Positions 25,461 through 35,982 of a stretch of 64,000 bases of DNA are shown in pieces. This DNA is from Antedon mediterranea (taxonomy: Eukaryota; Animalia; Echinodermata): contig NC_092679.1 in NCBI RefSeq assembly GCF_964355755.1, positions 11,639,432-11,703,431 on the forward strand, written 5' to 3'. Numbering within the stretch: position 1 is the first letter of the stretch; every line of letters starts with the position of its first letter. A program made the position numbers and the translations under genes. The notes beneath the pieces were generated by a model, which saw nothing but the letters and a program-made list of their open reading frames with translations, had not been told where the DNA came from and did not search any database.

Positions 25461-28400
25461 TATTATATAAATGATATTATACCACCTGGAGTTGCCTCAA
25501 ATTTAACGTATACGATCAATTCAAATAAAAATGAAACAATTAACTATCAACATAACTGTTCGCTAAATGAACATAATAATTTAACTGAAAATTGTAAAGT
25601 ATTTTTAAATAATGGTCTAAGTATCCTAGGATTGAATATAGTTTCTCTACCAAGCAAATTTGATGAATTTAAGTATCTAATCAACAACAATTCTATTGTT
25701 GATATCATAGCACTCAATGAAACACGTTTAGATAATGTAATTAAAGATGAATCAATACACATTGATGGCTATGATATTTATAGAAATGACAGAAATAAGG
25801 AAGGGGGAGGGGTTGCAGTTTATGTAAATAGAGGAGGATGTTTTACTTGTAAACTAAGAAATGATTTCATGAAAATGGAGCTTGAGATAGTAGTAATCGA
25901 ACTTTGTAAACCAAAAACTAAACCAATCATTTTAATAGCATGGTACCGCCCACCAAACTCAAAAATTCAACTTTTAGATATTTTTGAACAAATTTTAGAA
26001 GAAAACGAATGTCTAAACAAAGAAATAATAATAATAGGAGATGTCAATTGTGACACACTTTCACAAAACCCTACTTGCTATACACAAAAATTAATGGATA
26101 TAACTAATAACCATTTTCTAACACAAATTATAACTGAACCGACAAGGATAACAAACCAAAGTAAAACTCTGATTGATCATTTTTATACATCCTTTCCAAA
26201 CAGAATTTCTTCCTCGGGTGTACTTAACACAGGAATTAGTGATCATTCAGCTATTTACGCTGTCATTGGTAAAGAAGAAAAACCAAAACATAACCATAAA
26301 TATAAAACAAAAAGGAACTATAATAACCTTGATGAGGAAAAACTACAAATTGATATGTTAAATGTAAATTGGCATGAAATAACTTAATATACAAATGTGA
26401 ATGACGCTCTGCAGTTTTTTGAAGACAAGTTTTTACAAATTGTTAATAAACATGTACCTTTAAAGAAAAAACGGGTTCGAAATAAAGATAGTCCATGGCT
26501 CACAAAAAATGTAATATTACAAATGCGAAAACGTGACTCAATGAAAAAAAGAGCGAGTAAAGAAAATTGTCCTCAATTATGGAACGAATACCGTGAATTA
26601 AAAAACAAAGTAAATTACGATATCAGGAGATCAAAAAAAGATTATTTCTCTGAACAATTAAATACAAAAGATTCCAAAATAATCTGGAAAAACATAAGAT
26701 ATATTGTACCATCTAAGAATAAAAAAAGTGTTATAAGTAGTATAAATACAATAAATGGCCTTGAAACAGATTCTTACAAGATAGCTAATACTTTAAATGA
26801 GTTTTTTGCAAACATAGGACCTAACCTAGCTAAACAAATTCCTCAATTTGAAAATAACCATGTAAATTATGAATACCCAAATCAAGGTGAAGACAAAATA
26901 AATTTCACACTTGTTGACGAGGAATATGTATATAAACAAATTTTATCATTATCTGACAAAAAGGCTACAGGAACTGATGAAATTCCTGCTAAACTAATAA
27001 AATTAGCAATCAACTCAATTGCACAACCCATTACATTTTTAATTAATTTATCTCTAAGAACCAGCGACTTCCCAAGTAAATGGAAAAATGCACGAATATG
27101 CCCAATTTTTAAAAATGGCGACCGAAGTGAACCATCTAACTACAGGCCAATTTCTGTACTACCAATTTTATCGAAAATTATTGAACGCGCTGTCTTTGAC
27201 CAACTCTATCCACAAATCAACCCTAAATTATACAATCAACAGTTTTGTGAACCACTTTGTGATATACTCAACTGTTCTTTTTCTGAAGGCATTGTCCCTT
27301 CTCAGTGGAAAAAGGCAGTTGTAGTCCCTGTGCCCAAGGTTCAGCCTCCTACTATTGACAAACTCAGACCTATCTCCATTACTTCTGTGTTTGCCAAAGT
27401 AGCTGAGGAGTTTATCACTGACTGGATCTTACAAGATATAAGTTCAAAAATCGATGTTAACCAGTTTGGAAATGTTAAGGGTTTGTCTACTGCTCATTAC
27501 CTGACCCACTTGGTGCATTATCTCTGTCAAGGTGCTGAGAATAAGCACAATGTTGGTACCATGGTTCTTACTGATTTCTCCAAGGCCTTTGATCTTATCG
27601 ACCATACCATCCTTGTTAATAAGATCATTGATATTGGTGTCAGGGGGGCTTTGGTACCATGGTTGTGTGATTTTCTTTTTATGCGTATGCAGTGTGTTAA
27701 ATATAATGGTACCTTATCTAATTACTCTTACTTAAAAGCTGGTGTCCCACAGGGAACCAAGTTAGGCCCTTTATGTTTCCAGATCATGATCAATGATGCT
27801 GGTACAAATGCTAAAACTAAGTATCTGAAATATGTAGATGATCTTACATTTTGTGAAAATCGTAAGCTCTCATTGCCTGGTTTTTTACAAGATGATCTTA
27901 ATTCTTTTTTCCGCTGGTGTAACGACAACTGTTTAGTGCTTAACCCCAAAAAATGTCAAGCCCTTAAGGTGTGTTTCAGTTCTACCCAACCTTCACACGT
28001 TGACATACACTTGGGAACTGATAAGCTCCAATATGTTAATAAAGCCAAGATCCTGGGAGTTTTTTTTCAAGACAACCTTAAATGGGACTGTCATATTGAT
28101 TTCATCATCACTAAAGCTTCCAGGAAACTTTTCTTTTTACGATCACTAAAACGATTTGGTTTTAACATTGAAGAGCTTAAATTGACCTTTTGTGGTTACA
28201 TTAGACCAGTGGTTGAGTATGCTGATGTTGTTTGGCATTCTGGCCTGTCTAGTAGATTAAGCGATTGTATTGAAAATGTTCAAAAGCGGGCTTGCCGTAT
28301 AATGTTAGGCAATGATTACTTTTCTTACTCTGGTGCCCTTGAATTTCTTAAATTAGAGACTTTGGCTCAAAGAAGGGTGGAGCATTGTCGCAAGTTCGCT

Positions 28401-28749
28401 GAGTATCTCCCCAAAATTAAACAAACAGCTGATTTAATCCCACCGACCAGACATTGCTGTCATGGTAGGAATTTAAGAAATAAAAACAAAATTACCCAAC
28501 TAGCGTCTAAAACATCCAGATTTACCAATAGCCCTATACCCTACTTCATCAAATTACTGAATTCTTAATTTTCTCCCCTGCTAGTTTGCGACTGCTCTCC
28601 CCTTCTTTGTTGTTTTTTTTTTTTTTTTCATTTTTTTTATATATATTTATATTTTTGATATGACATGTATTTTACACGCAATTTGGCTTTTAGCCACGAG
28701 TTGTAATTTTGGTCAATTTTTTGATATTTGAAATAAAAGTGAATAAATA
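25461..28749 (+). mobile_element. CR1/L2-group LINE (APE endonuclease + RT), chimeric, inserted in the right TIR of the IS3EU-like element
   Basis: APE motifs (LNETRL, YRPP, IGDVN, LIDH, SDH). In-frame stop at 26385-26387. RT motifs (DFSKAFD, GVPQGTKLGP, YVDD). (AATA)n tail. Candidate TSD AATAC (25456-25460, 28750-28754). TIR sequence resumes on both sides. Confidence 0.9.
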
Positions 28750-28854
28750 AATACTTGGCCTATACTTACTTTTGATTTCTGTGTTTCTTCTTACACGTGA
28801 CGCTGTGGAGGCGTACTACGCATGCGCATGTACGTGTGAACGGATTGTATAATT

Positions 28855-28980
28855 AGGGCGTTATAACGCCCTAATACGGCGTTATAACGCCCTAATACGG
28901 CGTTATAACGCCCTAATACGGCGTTATAACGCCCTAATACGGCGTTATAACGCCCTATTAGGGCGTTATAACGCCGTATT
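28855..28980. repeat. Subterminal palindromic 21-bp array, 6 copies, right TIR
   Basis: GGCGTTATAACGCC units mirroring 12714-13040. Confidence 0.95.
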
Positions 28981-29136
28981 ATTATAAAAAAAAATTTTCT
29001 TTGGCGGAAATCAGCCACCGTACTCTTCAGTTCGAAACGGTGCATTTTTGTTGTGAATACTATTAGTATTTTGCAAAGCACGCTCGTTGAGCTTGTGCAC
29101 TCCTTGTGTTCATAATCAGTGTACCATGTCCCGCAT

Positions 29137-30037
29137 GCGATTTTTTTTTCGTACATAAGTTGGGGACCCCCTCATGAAACTTCACAAAATAGACATGAAT
29201 AATTCATCAGTTAAATTTTCTTGTTCCGTGTGCACCCAAGCGTATAGCAACAAGAAGTGATTACACAAGTGTGGTACGATTCTAGGCCTATCTCCGCTGT
29301 TGTTGCGGCGTGCAATTTCATAGAAGAATAGCGGCGTTTTGTGTGGATTGTCGAAATAATCAGCCTTTAGTTTATGGTGTTTTTAATATAATTTATTACT
29401 AAAGAAGTACGTGTTAAAATTATAGTTTCTATATTAATACTATTAGGCCTAATTATTAGTCTCTAAATCTAAACCCATGTCTATTCTAGTAGTAGCTGTG
29501 TGGGTGTGTGTGACGTGTGTGTGTGTTAGGTATGACACAATCCGAGTACAGTACTATAAGTCAGCAAAATTAAACAATAAACATTACACAAAAATACATT
29601 TTTTATTCTCGTGGGTCTAATCTTCCCATCTCATGTCATGTGTTCATATACGCGCATTTTTAAAGTTCCTTTGAGTACATGCATATTGTTTGATAATAAA
29701 ATAGCAGAATTAAAAAAATACAGTACACAAATTATACACATTCTTTATTCTTGTGGGTCTAAGCTTTCTTTGGGCTATGTCCAATGACGCCTAGCTGTCG
29801 ATTAGCCTCGACTCGACACATTTTGTGTGAAGAAGAGTGCCCGAAGGCAATCACGTGAATTGACTTAGAATCCTAGGCCTACTGTAGAAAGTATCGTATC
29901 GCAGTTGTGTAATCACTTCTTGTTGCTATACGCTTGGGTGCACACGGAACAACAAATTTAACTGATGAATTATTCATGTTTATTTTGTGACGTTTCATGA
30001 GGGGTCATGAGGTTTCATGTACGAAAAAAAAAATCGC
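29137..30037. mobile_element. Mutator-like MITE, 901 bp
   Basis: ~150-bp TIRs GCGATTTTTTTTTCGTACAT...ATGTACGAAAAAAAAAATCGC. Perfect 9-bp TSD GTCCCGCAT (29128-29136, 30038-30046). Confidence 0.9.
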
Positions 30038-30104
30038 GTCCCGCATACCTGGCTCAGTCTATATATTGTGCCAGTTGTGCGGTACATTTTATTTCGAAAC
30101 CTTA

Positions 30105-30140
30105 GCTGCACTGACGAGATCTAATAAGATCGAAACAGTA
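30105..30140 (+). ncRNA. Truncated type I hammerhead ribozyme core
   Basis: GCTGCA-CTGACGA-GATCT-AATA-AGATC-GAAA-CAGTA: intact CUGANGA, a 5-bp stem II and GAAA. The downstream cleavage site and stem I partner are missing. Confidence 0.55.
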
Positions 30141-30439
30141 AACATTATCAGTTCCACGTTCCTTCAGCAGACACCAGGCGCCGCAGAGAATATGTACATA
30201 ATACAGTACTGTAACTGGTATTTGTTCCGTATATAAAAATGTGTGTATGGATTTCGACAGAAATATATGGCAACAAATATTTCAATTAAAAACAGTAAAT
30301 AAAACATACATCAATCCCACATAAAAATACTATGTTATATTTAGGTTAAAAATTATATTCCCATTTATAAACTGTAAGTCGCTATTATGATCTAACAATC
30401 TTTGAATTAAACATATGGGATTTGGTACAAATCGGTTTC

Positions 30440-30585
30440 TTGACGTTTTCAAATTAAAGTAAAATAAAGAAATCTACACGCCTGTGAAAACAGTACTTAA
30501 ATTACATTTAATTCATTATAAAACAAAATTTATATATTTTCCAACTGAAATTAATGGGCTATCCTTGCATCTCTCTGTCTGTTTG
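30440..30585 (+). pseudogene. Remnant of a third METTL27-like copy (end of last exon and 3' UTR)
   Basis: gttttcaaattaaagtaaaataaagaaatctacacgcctgtg...aattacatttaattcat...atgggctat...tctctctgtctg aligns by eye to 4585-4715 and 39985-40080. Confidence 0.55.
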
Positions 30586-31808
30586 TCCATTGTCCGTTTC
30601 TCGTATTTATTTGAACTGTTTAAAGTACGATATATAAATTAAAGATATAAAACACAATCCTAGCATTTTTGTAATGGTTTTTTTATTATTTTTTTGTTAC
30701 AGAAGTGAATAACTTTTGTATTTCTAGTAAAATACAACAAGAATTCATACTTTGATATGTCATAATTGTGTAATTGAAATTGAAAAGTATAAAATACTGA
30801 ATCTGTAAAAGATTATGTGCTTATTAAATAATTTAAATAAAAAATTATGTCTAAATAATATTACTTGATTATATTAAACAGACTCAATTTCTGTCACTTT
30901 AGTTTATTTTATTGCTAAGTTCAAGTCTGGTCTAGATTGACAGTCAAATGGGACCCATTGTAAATACAAGAAACAATGTTTGATTTTTTGACAGTGAATT
31001 ATTATAATACTTTCCTAGGTTGACAGCAAGAACAAAGTCATTATTTATTGAACAAGATGTTATAGATTTCTGTCTACATGTATTTATGTAATACTGTATT
31101 ATCAGCAATTTTTTTCATAGACTCTCTTCTCCCAGACGTGCTTTGGGTTTGTAATTTTAGCACCCGTCCTAGTTTACAAATTATCAAAAACGTCAGCCTC
31201 TAGAAAAATAACTGCTGCTTGCTTATAGCTTCTGAATGAGTAGTCCTCTTGGGACGTAGCTGGCTAAAGCAGCAGCGTGAAAAACTACACTAGCACACCC
31301 GTGCCTACAGTACATAAATTTTTATTCATAATAAACTATACAAACTATACTTCTCAAATGTATATGTTGTAGTGTTGTAGTTGGGCTAGTACAGGCCATA
31401 TCGCCCTGTTAAACAACATTGAGAAAATGAAAGTTACTTTCTGGCAACAGTTACTTTTTATGTAGGCAGTATTTAACACCTTCTGACACCCATCTTAGTT
31501 TTCGCCGCATTCGTTTGACTGTTGATAACGAAAACTAAATGTTGAGAATAAATTTAAAACATTAGTAGATATTTATATACGAGAGAGATATCATTGTAAG
31601 ATTGGGCTGACTAACGCACAGATTTCACCGTTTTGTTTCCTTGCCTTATTTTGTATTACTATCCACGTATGTCATATGTACTGCACTAATAATATTTCAT
31701 CTTATTTAACATCATAAAACGTAATAACAATAATATATTCAACAATATTTTTGACTTTATTACAAAATTATCTGTCTTAAATATCAGTAACAGAACTATA
31801 TAGTTTAT

Positions 31809-32504
31809 TTACAATACTGGAACATCTTTTAATTTTGCTTTTAAGTGTCGCCTATGTGCGTCTATTGATTTAATACATTCTTTCCAAAGTCTTTCTTCTT
31901 CACTGGGAGGAGCTGGAGCAATCTTAAATGTTTCTTTCTTAACTACATCCATTCGCTTAACATCTAATTTTAACGCCCCGTTTCTGCCAGACACATTTCT
32001 GCTTAACCTTTCCTCGTAAGTAAACAAATTCTCTACAAGTAGCCTAGCTACTTTCCTTCTATCATCATTGAATGCCAAAATTCTATTTCTAACTGATTCG
32101 GGTAACAATGAGTCTTCAGTATTTACATTTACCGGGACATTTACAATATTAGTAGGTGTGCTTATAATTTGATTAGGCGTAGGTTTATTTTCTAACACAT
32201 TCATTCGTTGATGTAGTTGAATCATTACTCTTTGTGTGCTTTTTAGGTTAATCTCTAACTCATGGTTCTTTTTGACTAAGGCTGTGTTCGCCTCTTCTAG
32301 TTGTCGCATTTGGTGCTCAATTTTATTTATCCATGCTCTGGGGTTTTCTGCTGGCCACTGGGATGTTGCTAAAACTGTCTTTGTGTCTTCTTGCAGCGTA
32401 TCCATTAGTTGTTGCCTTTCGTCGTTGGCTAAAGGCCGGTATGTGAAAACACGATCTTCTTCGCCATCTACAATACCATTTGATGATATAGTAGTCGTTG
32501 CTGC
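31809..32504 (-). CDS. Coiled-coil + BEN-domain protein exon
   Basis: Open from the acceptor at 32505 (TTTAG|GCA) to the stop at 31809. Heptad-rich segment, then a BEN-like C-terminus ARLLVENLFTYEE...NVSG...LDVKR...WKECIKSID.HRR.L. Confidence 0.7.
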   Translation of the reverse strand, partial: AATTTISSNGIVDGEEDRVFTYRPLANDERQQLMDTLQEDTKTVLATSQWPAENPRAWINKIEHQMRQLEEANTALVKKNHELEINLKSTQRVMIQLHQRMNVLENKPTPNQIISTPTNIVNVPVNVNTEDSLLPESVRNRILAFNDDRRKVARLLVENLFTYEERLSRNVSGRNGALKLDVKRMDVVKKETFKIAPAPPSEEERLWKECIKSIDAHRRHLKAKLKDVPVL

Positions 32505-32839
32505 CTAAACACAAAATATATTATAAGATAGAAATTAAAATAATAAATACAAAAATGTAATTTAGGTTATCGTTCCTATTAAACCGTTTATCATTATGCA
32601 CCGTAAAACTCACGTTACACGAGTTTCATGGCACATATGATAACAGTAAAGATAGAACGATAAAGAACGAAATGAAAATAAGTATCAATAATAAATACAG
32701 AAGTTGGGCTATTTGCAGTATTTGAGATACATTTTAGCATCTAAATATGTAGGCCTATTTAATTTTTTTTTAGAATGGTAATTCAATATTCACATTCCAT
32801 GTTGGGCTATATTTAATTTATGTTAGTAGCAACCCCAAC

Positions 32840-33211
32840 TAGTTGGCAGTATTTAACACCTGACACCCATCTCAGTTTTCGTCGCATTCGTTTGACTGTT
32901 GATAACGAAAGAAATTATCCAGTTCTTCTGAATATAATATCACTAACCTTTTCGGCATGTGCCTTATCATCACGATCCATCACCTCGTCGAGAATATCCA
33001 TATGTTTAATTTCAATTTTGGAAGCTCGTCCGGAACAGCTACTGTCTGCAATGCTTGAAGTACGTTTGTACCTTTGAATTATACGTCTGATTGTAGAATG
33101 GTCTGGTACATGGCCATCGGTTCCTAGTACACTTTGTATACGGTTAACCGTGTAACCGGCAGCGTTGAGTCTGATTATTTTCGATCTGATAGTATACGAT
33201 GTTCGTCCCAT
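32840..33211 (-). pseudogene. Tc1/mariner-like transposase DNA-binding (paired HTH) region without the DDE domain
   Basis: MGR...STIRRIIQRYKRTSSIAD...SGRASK, continuing past one TAA (32915-32917) into LSTVKRMRRKLRW...YCQL, then a possible GT donor at 32839. Confidence 0.7.
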
Positions 33212-34949
33212 TGCAAAATAAATTTCGATAATAAATTTAAAACGTTAGTAGATACTAATTATATACCAGACGGGTATATCGTTGTTGTAAGGTTGGGCTG
33301 ACTAACGCCCAGAATTTACCCTTTTGTTTCATTGTCTTTTTTTAGGCCTATTGTTATCTCTTTTATTTTGCATTATTGCACAGGGTGTTATCACACATAG
33401 TAAATAAAACAAATAGCCAGGCATGTAATAATGTAATAATATTGTTTCATCTTTATTTAATATCGAAGTAAAAAGGTATCAACATAACAATATTTTGACC
33501 ACATCAAATCTTAAATATCAACATTAACATAAATGCATTTAAGGATCAACTAAACAAAGACAGAGCAATGGGAGATAAATTTTGCTACCAATTCTAGATA
33601 AATACAGAAGAAATGGAGGGCGTTTAAAAGGCATTTGCCTTAATCAAGAGCCCGAAGATTCAAGTAAGATTCAAGTAAGATCAATATTGCCAGAACTATT
33701 TATTTAAATCCTGAAACATATTTTAATTTTGCTTTTAAGTGTCGCACATTCTTTCTAAAGTTCTTCTTCTTCCTCGCTAGGTAGATTTACTTGAAAACTC
33801 CTTTCTATGATTTACATTTATTGATACGCAAATGATTGTAAGTTTAATCTAACATAAACCTATGGTAGGCTAAATGTAATCTTTTAGTAAATTATTTTTT
33901 AAAAGATAAAACCTATTAAACAAGAAAGAAAATATTTTAAAAGTGATTAAATTTTGTAGACAAGTGCCTTTAGTTAAAATTAAATTTAGATTGTACGTAC
34001 TTGGCATCCAAATGAGGCCCATTTCCTTAGTAGATTCTATAACCAACATTTACACACGCCTATTTAGCCAAAATACAGTATATACTAATAACACGTTATT
34101 CTTTCATTTCCGTTTAACAATCTTTTTGGCTAGTGGCCCATCATATAAAGAAACAATAATGAGGGACTTGGGGTAATAGTGACCAATCTTTCGATGAGTT
34201 AAAACCTTCTTTAGCTGACGAGGTGTTTCATCATCATAAGTAAGGTATGGTTTACATCGTTATATTTATTTTGTACTGACATTTTATTGTTTGTGAGTCT
34301 CGTATACGACCTGTTGGAAACATTTCAGGAGATTGGTTACGGTGGGAGAGAGAAAATCGACTATGACAGTGACAGTTTAACAAAGTATTTTAATACTTTA
34401 AAAATCGCAAATGTTTTACTGTATTTAGTGGTATATTATTTATAGGCATATAAAACATGAACAAAATATTTCGTTACTGAGTGGTTAAAGAATATATTTA
34501 AAATTGTTCTTCTTGTACCCATCCTCTTCCCTAATGTTAGGCCTACATACAAAACACAAATTGGGTTTGTTTCAATGAGTCCAAATCAAAATATGGACTC
34601 ACTCAAGTTTCACTTTCGGAAGTAATTCCTAGGGTGCTAAGTTTAGTTGGCTACATAAATCATCGTGTCTATAATGTATTATAGTCCTGCCGTACGTACA
34701 ATTGAAATCGCCAGTTTTTTTTTACCCTGAAATTACTGTGTATTCGAGAACCATCTAGTACATTATAATTCATAATGAGTGTGCATAAGTACAAATATGT
34801 AAAATGTCCATGAACTACCGGTACTACGGTGACTACAAAGTTGGACTATCTCTTTAAATTACATTTGTTTTACGGTTATTTGTTTATCTTAAGAAACTTT
34901 GCGTATCCTGTAAATGTACAGAAGAAACAATATTAACAGAATAGCCAAA

Positions 34950-35480
34950 TAAGAAGCTACTGACGATATTTGGACCCAACGCATGCTCTCACAACACAGT
35001 ATAGTGGGTAAGTTAGATCTCACTAAACGACTTTATGAAACATAGTTATCTACATAGTCATAATACACGCAATTCAAATGATTATCTTTTACCTAAATGT
35101 ACCAACAATTTGATCAAGAAATCTATTAGGCCTAAATACCAAGGAGCTAAATTATGGAATTTAATCCATGTAGATATTAAAAAAATGCATCTACAACTTC
35201 TAAATTTAAATTAATATTCAAGAACTATTTACTGTCTAGATGAACATTAAATATATTTTATAAGACCAGTTAAGATCGAATAATATGGTTAAAATAGAAA
35301 TTGTAGCTTTGTTTTCTTTTGCTTATTTTTAGTTTTTTCTTTTTCGTATTCGTATTTAATGTTATATCTTGGGGTGGGTCAAACTTAAAGTCTTTCTGAC
35401 TTATATGACTCTCTCCCACATATACTTCATTGCATTTATTATGTATGTATTTATATTGTGGAAATAAATTAAATTGAAAT
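34950..35480 (+). mobile_element. Decayed LINE 3' end
   Basis: HSHNTRN...KKSI[RP]KYQGAKLWN...FK remnants followed by an AATAAA/(AAATT) tail. Confidence 0.55.
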
Positions 35481-35734
35481 TAGAATAAAATGTATCCATT
35501 AATCGACATTTATTATTTTGTTTATCTTTATCGTTTCTATATTTATATCCATAAACCTATATAAATAATTAAAGCAGCATTGTGCTGGTTATAATAAGCA
35601 CTGTATCTACATATACATGTGCACACAAACACTTTCATATAATTTATTTATAAAACTATTTATTTTTCAATGTTTAGGGGCTGAACCTGTTTAAAGTTTA
35701 AACTATTTTAAACCCATCACTGTTTTGTTTTGTT

Positions 35735-35982
35735 TTTGTTTTTTTTTAAACCATATTTAATGAGGGTGATCCATCCAGCTATTGCTGATCATTAGGAACA
35801 CTCAGAGGTTCACAAGACAAACATTATTATACACAAGATGCTCTACATAAACAAAGTCTTATGACAAGTCTTTGGGAGTGGAGAATTTGGTCCTTAGAAA
35901 AAATCCTGACATGTGACAGGACTTGAACCCAGGACCCTTGGAGTGGTAGCCAAGCATCATAACCACCAAGCCACAACTCCAC
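35735..35982 (-). mobile_element. tRNA-derived SINE
   Basis: Minus-strand head GGAGTTGTGGCTTGGTGG...GGGTTCAAGTCC (A and B boxes) with an A-rich tail. A decayed plus-strand copy lies at about 60012-60120. Confidence 0.6.

Larger units (their letters stand above)
12671..29022. mobile_element. 16.35-kb IS3EU-like DNA transposon carrying a DDE transposase, a HECT E3 ligase gene and nested elements
   Basis: Termini TACGGTGGCTGATTTCCGCC...GGCGGAAATCAGCCACCGTA. Perfect 6-bp TSD CTCTTC (12665-12670, 29023-29028). Long TIRs and two convergent genes. Confidence 0.9.

Noticed and set aside
26385-26387. Programmed readthrough between the LINE endonuclease and RT ORFs
   Set aside because: A single TAA in what is normally one ORF2 is most simply a nonsense mutation; no recoding signal is visible.
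28791-29156. 121-aa ORF with GRYNAVL repeats
   Set aside because: It reads through the 21-bp TIR array and across the element boundary.
34213-34245. CTGACGAG as another hammerhead core
   Set aside because: No GAAA follows the putative stem II.
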